From the NCBI GenBank assembly GCA_001643675.2, contig LSRY02000035.1, positions 1,010,682 to 1,074,681 of the forward strand: DNA of 64,000 nt, read 5' to 3'. Source of the stretch: Monocercomonoides exilis PA203 (Eukaryota; Protista; Preaxostyla). The notes under the pieces are model-generated. The model searched no databases and was not told where the DNA came from. It was given only the letters and a program-made list of their open reading frames with translations. This document shows, in pieces, positions 42,154 through 53,889 of this stretch. The translations under genes were made by a program, and so were the position numbers. Within the stretch, counting starts at the first letter, position 1; every line of letters begins with the position of its first letter.

Positions 42154-44904
42154 CACTCTTTATTATTGTTTGGAAGTTCATTTCCACAGGGCGCTTACTG
42201 TTTGTTTATATTCTCATTATCTTTTTTTCATATTCAATCAGTACAATTGTTTTTTATTAATTCATACACAAACATTCCGATAAAAAGAGAGGTTTTAATA
42301 AAAGCGTGAAATGTTTTAAATTGAGTTTTTAATTTTTCGTGTTTTGCAACATTAAAAACACCAATCTTTCTGTGACAAAAGATTATATATGTGGACTGAG
42401 ATAAATGTTGCAACAAATGAAGGATAATTTAATTAGATTTGAGTAGGAAAACAAAAGCAAACTTGTTGTTGACGTTTTAAGCCTGGTGAACATTCTCAAT
42501 GATGGAAGGAGGTTGCAGACAGCACAATGAAAGCTAATTAGAATAGGAATCCATGAAACGCATATTTAATGAACGAATACGATGATCACAAACAAATGAA
42601 TTGTGATGGTTGATCATTAAATATCAATGAGTTCATTCAAGTCATTCATCATCGTTTCTTCTTTAAATGAGATATATTCACAATCAAATGCATTGCAACA
42701 TTTTTCAGAAATTGAGTTTATCAAGAGTTTTTTGTTATTCATTTGTTTTGCAAAAGAAACAAATGGCGATTCGAGAAATGTTCTTAGAAAGATTTGTTTT
42801 TTGTCTCCGTTCGATCGTTGAAAATGGCGATGATAATTAATTTCTTTGTCATCTGAACAAGAGGAATTAAAGAAAGTCGAATGAAACAATCATCAAGTAC
42901 AAAGAATAATGAATTGGTTTTTGGAAGATCATGTTGTTATCGATTATTCTAACGAGAAAACAAAAGCAAAATTGAATTGTTTTAGTTAAAGAAAAGTTAT
43001 TCATGATAACACAAAAATGGGCAAAGTACTATTTCACCAAAAACTGCTGAATGATGAAATTGGAAAATTCATTTGAATCATGTGAAATGTGAATGATTGC
43101 TTTCTTTAATCATTTTGTTGGAGCATCTTCATTCAATCTGAATGCAGAAAAGATATTTCACGATGCATCCAAATACCAAATAACAAAGCACAACGAATAG
43201 CAAAAGTTTTGAATCAGAATCAGTTTCTTTCAATTCTGTTTGAACACATAACTTGGTTTGGTTTTTTTTCAAATAATCTCTGTTTCAAAGGTAATTCTCA
43301 ACAGTGCGCATGGATAAATCTTTGCATTCACTCTATTGAATAGAGATGTTCGATATTTGCATGAGGAAGAAAGCAGAACAAAATACAAAATAAATGAGAC
43401 AAAAAATATGTGAATCAGACTGCACTATTACAGATTTTAACATAATTGAAGAATAATTTTCAAACAAAATAAGGATTTTGCGTTTCATTTTTATTTCACT
43501 TTGCTGATTTCGATAAATAAATTGTTATTGAATGTTTTGTTCTATATATTTTTTTTGTATGGTATTCATTGTGATCATAATTTGATACAGCAAGTTTTTT
43601 TCAAACAAATCAGAATTTTGTCAAGCAGTCATTCAAACATTAGATGATATAAAAAGTGTGTGCATTGTTAGCGAAAGTTATTTTATAAATGTTTATATTT
43701 TCATTGATTAATGACATTAAAAGAAAGAATTTATGTTTTGAGCAAACGAAATAGCTGTGATGAAGTTAAAAGATGAACGAAGATAGCGCAAAAAGAAAAA
43801 AGTAATTTGTTAAGCTGGAACAAGATGCAAAGATGGAAAAATGCTGATAAAGGAAAATCCACTAAAGAAAAAATTTTCATGAAATGAAGTTTGATCGAAT
43901 ATGAAACATGAATGACAGTCGACATTTTTTCTCAACGCATTGGCACAAATTCGTTGTGAAAAACAATTGATGATATTATTCGGATCTGTTGTGGAAGAAA
44001 AGAATTGGCTGGAATGAGCTTGAAATGAAATCAAGAAGGACATTACGTTAATTGAAAGGACATCATCGATGATTTTCATTATCAACAAGATAAACTGTTG
44101 ATAATAATAAGAATATACATTTTCATTGAAGTTCATTGATTAATGTCATTATGATTACTTGAATTCAGTCTAGTTTTATTTGAAGTTTTAATGAAATCAA
44201 GGTTTGACATCAATATTTAATAAAAAATAAAAATATTCAATTTATTTGATAATTTTTTTGACTTTTTATTGAGAGTGATATAAAATGAAATGTAGTATTT
44301 CTCAAATTATCATGAAATTGCTTACGAACTTTCGGAAAACAAAGGACTAGAAGAGATACTTGTTGTTTGTTGCATAAAGGTTTGAAAAACAATTATTGAA
44401 TGAACGATAAAATATTTTCTTTAAGATTTCTCTTGATTTGTTGCATTCATTGAGATCTGAAAAAATAATGTCACAATTATTGCGAATTGTTATGATGGAA
44501 TGAAATCGGATGAAGAATAAAATTTAGTGATGAAGATCTTTTGTCTGTAAAAGATTTGTAATGAATATTACGATGATTGCACGAAATACAAACAGCTAGT
44601 CAAGAAATCTATCACAAAATGTGCAACATATCAGAACGGAAAAATAAATGTAAAGAAAACAGCACATACATGAAACAAGACGTAAGAATGATTTGTTAAC
44701 GAATGTTGAGGATGTATCACTCAAAATCAATTCGTTTCATAGTTTTTGCAAATGCTATATTACATAAAATTATAATATGGGAATTTTGATTTATTCAAAT
44801 AAAAAATAAAAAATTTTGCAATTTTTAATTGAAATCAAAAAATAAAAATTTAAATAAATAAAAAAAAAATAATAGCGCTCCCCTAAGCTCGACGAGCAAA
44901 AGTC

Positions 44905-44980
44905 TAGGTTAGGTTAGGGTTAGGGTTAGGGTTAGGGTTAGGGTTAGGGTTAGGGTTAGGGTTAGGGTTAGGGTTAGGTT
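44905..44980 (+). repeat. Interstitial telomeric tract: (TTAGGG)10 flanked by TTAGG variants
   Basis: Directly visible; perfect units run 44914-44973. Confidence 0.97.
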
Positions 44981-46824
44981 TTACAACTCTTCCCCTTTTA
45001 TGCATCGAGTTGGAGAATATTTTCATTATGAACGTTTAATTCACTCATGTAGCTATTTGTATGGAATATGATTTATTGGAATCTGTTGCATATCTCTGTA
45101 AAATTTTGATCCGAAAAGTGACCTTTTAGTATCATGTCGAAAAATGACATTTCTAAAAATGAGATTAACAACGATTTTGATGTGATCAAATATTCACATA
45201 TGTCATGTGATTAACTGCACATGAAACAGAATTTCGTTATGACCATTATTTGTCGAGTTATTGCGAAAACAAAAATTTCGATTTTTTGGTGTTTTTTTCC
45301 AAATTTGCAAAAATCCCTCTTTTATGACTATTTGAATGATATCTCCAATTCCATATGTACTAATATATCGTTGCATGTTATTAACGAATATCACTTTTTT
45401 ATCTGAAAACTCGGAAATTTTTTATGGAATTTTTCGATTTTTCATAAAATTTGTCTATGTATGATTTCTATGAAAAAATACTTCAGTTTACATAATTTTG
45501 TAAATATTTATATTTGTGCGGAGGAAAAAATCATTAATGCAGCATATATCCTTGCCTGTAATATATGTTAAAGACATATAGATTTAACAAATGAATATCG
45601 AAAAAAAAATTAATATATGAATTCTCATTTTTCAATATGAAAAGTGACTGAAAACATAACCTAGTTGAATAATTGTTTGAAAATAATTGATTAATAAATG
45701 AAACTATAAATGCAACAATTGCCTGCCAATGAGATAAATGTTAAAGCAATGAGATCAAAGAATTTATCTGTCTCATATTCGTTGAGATATTGAAGAATAA
45801 TATCTTTGACTGAAATTATTAGAATAAATGTATTTTTTGAATTTTCGTAAAAAATCGATATAATAATGTTTATTGTTGAAAACATAGTGAATTTGATTAT
45901 TTCATGCTGCTTTGAACTTTTTCAAACGATATCTTGATTTGTGAGAATTAAGAATAAAATTAAAAGAAAATCAATTTTTCTTCTATTTGAAAGTCTATGG
46001 AAAAAGTTAAAAATGACAAAAATAAAAAAAATTCTGGAAAAATTTCTGTGTACTTGAAAAGGAAGGACATTAATTGTAAACAACGGAAAAATTATTTGTT
46101 TTTCGAAATCTCTGATATTTGGTGGGATATTGAAAAAACATTGGAAAAAATTTTTGAATGGAAATAAACTTATTATTTTAATAAATATTTATTTATTTGC
46201 AAAGTGCACGAAAAAAAAATCGATTAAAAGCAATCAAGTGAGATTAACAAGTCTATTTTTTGTCAGAAAAGCTTCTTTTATATTTTGAACGAAATATTGA
46301 GTGAGAAAAATGGATTATTTTAAAGAACACAATTAATAATAAATATCATAATTCATCCGATAGTTATTTAATTAATTTATTCCTTCGGGTTGTAAAATAA
46401 ATTTTTGTAATATTGTAAATAATAATTGATAATTTCATTATTGATTTTCATTTACGAAATCAAATATTTGTAATATTGAAATATTCATATTTTCAAGAAC
46501 CGAGTTCATTTAAATCATAGATTTCAATTGATTTAACCAAAAATTGACAAGCATTATAATGACGAAAATCATCAGAATTGCGACATATATTATTTATTCA
46601 CATTTCCATTAACTTTATTTATTTCAAATTGCATAATCTTTTGATTGAACTTTTTTTATAAAAATTAATCCAATGAAATAAAGAAAAACTGTTATTATAT
46701 AGATAAATGAATTATTGAGTTTTTTTATTTAAAAGTTTTTATGAATTGTTAAAGTATTCATTTATCAGGAATTGTTCATTATTATTACACTAAAAAATAT
46801 TACAACCCATAATAACATTTTTAA

Positions 46825-49576
46825 ATGTCAAATTTAAATTTTCGACAACCTCGATCAAAACATTTGCTGTTTAATATTCGAACCAAGAAGTTAGACAACT
46901 TGAAACAGGTTGAAAGCAATCATTTTGAAGGTTTTTTTTATATTTATGTTTGCATATTTATCTTGTTGATTTCATTTTTGTTAATTTATATTTTTTTTGG
47001 GATATTTGAAAAAGATAAAGAAGCTGAAGAATTGGACAAACCATATTTCGAAATGCCTTCAAACTGGGATGAGTTTTTTGCTGAATGCGGGATAGCAACA
47101 AAAAGGGAGACAAAATTACAAAAAACCTTAAAAAAAAGCAAACCGCTTACATTACAACGTTATTCTCAACAAGTTACAATTCTATCTCCTTCTCTCCATC
47201 GCAAATATAAATGGGCTGAAAAACTTTACGTTCCATATGCGAAATTGCTTAAAAGCCAACCTTTTCCAATACAATCATCAACAATCTCTTCATTCATTCA
47301 ATTTCTCTGCATTGAATGTTTATATTCTATTAAAAGTGTTGAAAATGTTGTCATTCCATCTTTAAAATCACAACATCTTCAACAAACGAAAGAATTCGAC
47401 TTTTCCAGTGAGCTTAAATTAACAATTCGATCTGCTTTTTCTTCTGTCAGAAAAAGCGGATGCTACAAAAGGGAAGGAGAAGGAAAAGAAGCGGCACTGC
47501 TTGACGATGTAGCCCTTATCATTGAAAGAAGCAATTCTGGTAATATGTTTTTTGATTTTGATTGTTCTCTTTTTCTATTTGCTGTTCACTGCGGAGCTAG
47601 GTCAATTACATGTGCAAACGTTTTTTTAGAGGATGTTAAAAACGTAACAATTTCGGATTTACACGCTGAGTGCATCTTGGTTGAAATCAGATTGAGAAGG
47701 CTGAAGGGACATCCAAACTCTAACCACTCTGTAACGATCGAAGGAAGATTTGCTCATACCAGCTTACATGAACAAGTCAGAGATCCTGTTTATTGGCTTG
47801 AGCGTCATTTGCAGGTTAACCACCATCTATCTTTGAAAACGAGACAAAAGTGGCCGAAGAATGTGTTGTCGAAAAAGCTGTGGGACATGAGCCCAGCAGC
47901 AATGTCCTTAAGGTTCAGAAAAAGATCAGAGCAAGCAGGGTACCCTTGTAAACTCTTTTCTTTTCACTCCTTAAGGGCAGGCTTCATCTGTACTGCAATT
48001 ATGGTAGCCGGAACAGATGAAGAAAAGTTAAGAGGGATACTTGAACACACTGCTTACGTCGCTGACTGGGTCCCATTTGGCAGGGCTCAGTTAACTTACG
48101 TCAGAAATACCTCCAAGAAAATAACGGTATGCTCCAGATTAGTGAATCCCAAGCCTGGAGATACTGTAATAGATCTGGCTCTAACTTCTATCGCTGCATA
48201 TCATAGTATCAAGTTGTCAGACCCAAAAAGAACAATCAAAGAACAATTTCAGACATTTAGAAATGCAGTGAATGATCATTTCAATGATGCAATGAAGCAC
48301 TTGGAAGATGGTGAAAGGGAAATTCGAAACCAATGGAAGAAATGTGCTAAAGCTTATATCGACAAGAACGAAAACCTTTCCTTGAGAGCAAAGCGTGCAT
48401 TCACCAAAAAGAAAAAGTCTTCTTTTTAGAGCTTTGAAGGAAAATGACTTTCACACGATAAGAATGAAAATCATTCGACAAGACGTGGTTTGTAAATTGT
48501 CAAAATCATTAGCTAATCTTGACAATTTGGTTGATGATTTTGTTAATCTAAGTGATTATCCTGTGAGACGCAGTCTAGATTTAAAAGGCAGTTTCCCTCA
48601 AGAAGCATCATCCAACTGCACATCATCTTCAAATGAAAATGATCTCTCAATTCAACAATCCGATGAAGAGTCACAGGGTCAAAGCGAAAACACTGAAGGG
48701 AGCGAATCCACAAACACGAACTCAGATGGAGAAGGAAAACAATCAAACCAAGAATGCACATCATCATCTTCAACACAATCTTCCAGCAGTGCAACTTCAA
48801 GTTCTTCTTCTTCACCATCATCTGTTGAAGTTATATCAGACAACCCGTATCAACTTCCAAATAGATTACTTATGAACAACAAAAATTCCACAAGTTCCAA
48901 TGCCATAAAGGTGAAAAAGAAGCAAAAGAAAAGAAGATTCTTCACAAAGGAAGAAGATGAGCTGCTCAGAAGGTGTAAGCAGCAAAAAATGAGATGGTGC
49001 GACATGTCGCTTCAATTCGATGGAAGAAGTGGTCAGGATCTTAAAGATCGTTGGCGAAACTTGCAAAAGAAGCAGTGGCGAAGGCACCCAGAATATTCCA
49101 GGGACGAAGTGTTGCATTGTTTGAAAATAATACATGATGACGAGGATGAGAACGATGCCAAGGAAAATAATACTCACGCAATAAAAGTCATAAAGGATGA
49201 TGCGAATGACTGCAGTTTACAAAGAAATGAGTCAAGTGAATCCGAAGATGTTGATGATTCTGAAAGTTGCTCGGATTCAAGTGAATGGAAGGAAATCAAA
49301 TGCGAAGACAGCAGAGAAGACGATGAAGATGATAGAAACGAAGAAGAAGTGTGTTGCGATAATGAGCAGATGAACAATGATTTAACGATAAGCATAGTTG
49401 ATGACGAAGATGAAGATCTGAATGCTGCTGATGAGTTAATCCGTGCAAGTTACAGAAATAAATCGGACTCGTTCACAAAGAAAAAGAAGTCGCTTGAAGA
49501 GTTGTCAAAGAAAACATCATCTTCTTCTGTTGTTAATTGCAAAGAGAAGAAATTGAAAAGACGTTCTGGAAATTGA
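46825..49576 (+). CDS. Crypton-like tyrosine recombinase with downstream telobox-like Myb domain (YR copy 4)
   Basis: YR motifs: VHCGAR, RLKG, FHSLRAG, VADW, QLTY. Probable in-frame intron 46931-47014. A +1 frame change near 48400-48429 leads to RRFFTKEEDELL...RW...GRSGQDLKDRWRNLQKK and an acidic tail. Confidence 0.85.
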
Positions 49577-52500
49577 ATTTTTTGCCTTTATTGAAATTAA
49601 TCTGCTGACAGGCTTGCTCCATTTTAAATATTTTTATCATTCACATCAAATATTGTCAATGAAAATATTACATACACTTTCAAAAGCAAGAAATGGAAAA
49701 CTTGACTGTTCGAGAAAGGTTCTGTTAAAAATGAACAGAAAATCAAAGTATATTTTAGAAATGAAATACGTCACAGATGAATATTGAAAATTCAATCATT
49801 TTGTTCAGTCAAGAATGAACAAAAAGAGAATAATTGAATGCTTCTTGTCAAATAAAAGGAATTCGATGGAATCGTTCAATTCTGGAAAGAACAAAATAAA
49901 TTAGTGTTATTTACAAAGTTTTTCGAAAGGAATTATCTATTAACAAAGGTGGACTATTTAGAAAGGTTTGTTTAATAATTTTATTGTTTTGAAAGAGAAA
50001 TGTTAATTGCAAAGAAATTTATTGCAAAAGAAAAAAAGCGATATGACAATTGAAATCGAAAGGTGAAGTGTTTCAGTTTTTCGTTGAATGCGGAAGCAAT
50101 ATACAAAACTAGATGAAGATTGAAGTTTTGTAAATCCATCGCTGAGAAAAGTTGAACAAAGAAAATAAGCAAAAAAGCATGAACACATAATATAAAGTTT
50201 GATACAAATTCATTTAGATCTTTGTCATTATCAGTAAGATTATGAACGTTCGTGTCAAAGAAGAAATATGGATAATTACATGAAGAAGAAGTTCAACTTC
50301 GGTGAAACAACAAACACGCTTGAAGGGAATACTTGGGAATGATCTTTGCCATGCATCCAGAAATGATATTTTCAATGAAAACTTTTCCATTTTTGCCAAG
50401 TATTGATTTTCGTTGAGGAAAAAATTTGTTGGATTAAAAGCAGAGTAAATTTACAGAAGCACACTAATCAGCTTTTGCAACTATTTGTTATGCATTTAGT
50501 CTAGATTACTGCAGTGTTTGTTAGATTTAGTAAAGAAGGAGCAAGGTTTTTGACATTTTCATAAATTGACAATGGAAAACATGATCGGATGAAAGGAAAT
50601 TTCACTTTTTTCAAATAAATTTTTGAAAAGAATGTTCATTAATATCTCCAATTTAATAAGATGCATACAGAAATATTTTGATTCATTATTGGAATGAGAT
50701 TTTCGTTCATTTGTTTTTTAAAATTCTGTGAAAACATCATCTGAAAATGAAATTCAGAAGGTTAACAATTTACGATTGTTTTAACGGTGAAAGTTCATAA
50801 TTGTTATGTTTCTTATTGAGCATTTTTGAAACGAAATATTAAAACAAATAAAAACTAAAAATAAAGAGTTTGGCAAACAAAAATGAAGTTTTATAACTTT
50901 CTCAACGAAATTGAATAACTTGCGAAAGTTTCTAATGATGGAAATAAAGATATTGTTCTTCATTAAATATGAATGAAAACTAAAGATTATCAAATGAAGC
51001 GGAAACTTGGTAATTGAATTCAAAATAAAAGTGATACAATTCAATTGAAAGTCAATGCCAATCTTATTGAGCGTAAAATATGTGAATATGCTTGCAAATT
51101 ATCATGAATTATTATTTATAGCTTATATGTTACTGGAATATTATCTGCTTTCAAACAATTTCAATGAATTAAATTATTGAAACTGTTTGTACTCAACAAA
51201 AGAAAAAATTTTTCTTTTCATGAGATTGAATTAGCAAGATAAAAATGAAAAGAAATGATTTAAAAATGTTTCATGTTTTGATATAAGATAATCTCTGGAA
51301 ATAATAGTAATTTATATGATTAGAAAGATAATGTACAAAAAGAAAGATGAAATATTACAAACTGGTAATACAATTGAAGAAAGTTAACTGTATATGCTTA
51401 TTTCGAAAGCGATCTCAATTTGAATCATAATTCATGGTTTGAATGAGCAGATAATCTTAAACTATTTTTGACGAATTTCTTTGCAAAGATGGAAGAATGT
51501 CAGAAGAAATGCTTTTGTCATAGAAGAATGTTTATTTGCGCAGCCGGAAATAGTGCACATTGAGTATGCAATCAACATTTTTTGCATCATTCACAAATTA
51601 TTTGATTACTGAAATATATGGAAAAAGATGCAAGTCCAAAAGTTATAAGCTGTTAAATAGAAGATTTACGTGTTAAAAAGTTGCTGAAGAAAAGTTGCAC
51701 GATGATTTTACTTTGTTTGACGAAGAAGATTACTGATTTACAACATGTTCCAAAATAGGATCTTTAAAACATGAAAATTTGATTTGATCAATATTATTTA
51801 TTTGCAATTTATCGAAAGTGGATTTTTATGTTGCAGTAATAAAGTTTGTTTAATAATATGATAAGCAATGCAATAAAAAAGTTGAATGGCAGGTTTAACA
51901 TTGCAATAAATTTTTTCAAAAAAAAATTATAAAAGAAAAAATTCAATTTTCAAATAGTAATTATACTGATTGATGTGTGGAGGAATATCCGCTGACCCAA
52001 TCTCTTAGTAATTGCACCACATCCTACCTCCACTAACATTCCCCAACATATCCCTCTAACTCCGATCACTTGCCCTCCTCTCACACTCCACAGCATCACC
52101 AAGTCAATACCCCCAAGTCATTTTTCTATGTGAAAAATCAGAACCGAACTCAAAACAACTAGCCGATCGGATTTCTCAGCAACCACTGGGCCGATCGAAA
52201 CGCCGTTTGGCCACATCCGGGCATGGGTTACTGTGCCGGTCATATGTGTTTCGATTCAGCCACTTGCCCCTGGTTCACTCTCTGTGACCTCACTAACCAA
52301 GCACCCCCAGTCACTATGAAAAATATATTTCTTTTCTGCACCGCCTGCCAGACCCCCACCACCAACACCCATATGCATGCTCTTACCGCACTATATGCAC
52401 ATATATCATATATTAATTTCAAATTTATCTGGCTGTTACTTCTGGAGTTATACTCGATTTACCTCAAAAATGAACATTTTCACTCAAAAATTCGATTAAA

Positions 52501-53840
52501 ACTCAAAAACTACAAATAAGTGTATCCAACAAAAAATCGTCAATATACAACATTAGAAGTCGTATTCATGTGCTTAATCGTATTTTATATCGACTTTGAA
52601 ATTTTCGAGAAAAAAAATTTTTTTCATTTTTTCAGTCAAAATGGCCAACTTGTCCGCACTGCCCTGCCACAACCGCTCGACAGAAAAAATTTAGATTCGA
52701 GTATGTTTATAAGGGGCCCACGTCCTTGCCACCTGCCAATTATCAAAGGAATCTGAGACCCCATATTTTTCGGTCCTTGATCTAAGATCACCACTTTTTC
52801 AGTTAAAATATTCTTATGACATTTTCTCTCTAACCAGACCAATCTGGCCCGAAAAAAAAATTCAGCGGACTATTCGCGAATTATCCGAACTTTTTGTGTT
52901 TTCATAAGTTTCGATCACAACTTTCATAAAAACCGATTTTCACCAATTTTTCTATTTTTATGAATAACTTGAGCTAAATTCAACTTAATCAGAAAAAATG
53001 AAAATTTCTCATTTTTCGAATTTTTGACCCTGACTTCAAAAATTCACAAATAGTCCAACTAACACTCTGGTAAAGTCTCACGGCTTAGAAAAATTTATTT
53101 ATCGAGATATTTTAAAAATAATTATGAAAATTTTGACAGAAAAAATTTTATTTAACATATCATTCCACAATTTGAATCAATTAATTTCTGATTTTAATAT
53201 CAATCAATTCCTCTCATATTATTACCCATATACGTAACTTTTCATCAACCACTAATTCCTTCTTCTTTATTAAATATAAATTTTTTAAAAAAAATGTTTG
53301 ATCTAGATCATAACCATTTTTCTATGTTAAAAATTCAATTTTTAATCGTTAAATTTTTTTTTCTATCTGACTTCACATCATTATTAGGTGACATTTTTCG
53401 TTGATTTATGTATTGAAAATGAATGAAAGTTGTTGAAAAAGACACTTCGTAATTAACCAGATTGGAATAAAAAAATTTTTGCGTAAACTCAAACAAAATA
53501 AATAAGTGAATTATTGTATAACAAATAAAATTTCCACAAATATGAACAATTTAGAAAAATAAAAATGTGTAAATATTTCAATAAGTAGATATTTATGAAA
53601 ATTTGACATTGATATTTAGCACTTAACTGTGAGATATACTTAAAAAAATAATTTCATTTATTAATAGATTGAAATTTCAATATGTGAAAAATAAATTTTT
53701 TGATCATTTAGAAAGCATACAAATATAATACAAAAGATCATTGAAAATGATTAAACAGCTGTAATCAAATATTAACAAAGATCACGATAAGAAACTTCAT
53801 TTTACGCTCTGCGCGAGTCCGACATCCAAAATGCGAACGT

Positions 53841-53889
53841 CTTTTCTGATAAAAAACGCGAAATGCTTTCGCGTTTTTTATCAGAAAAG
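53841..53889. repeat. Perfect palindrome, 23-bp arms with a 3-nt loop
   Basis: cttttctgataaaaaacgcgaaa-tgc-tttcgcgttttttatcagaaaag. Confidence 0.95.

Noticed and set aside
46931-47014. Apparent transmembrane segment in YR copy 4 (FFYIYVCIFILLISFLLIYIFFG)
   Set aside because: T-rich 84-nt GT...AG stretch, best explained as an in-frame intron.
30790-49576. Bacterial or phage integrase contamination
   Set aside because: The genes contain GT-AG introns and eukaryotic Myb domains and are contiguous with a TTAGGG telomere.
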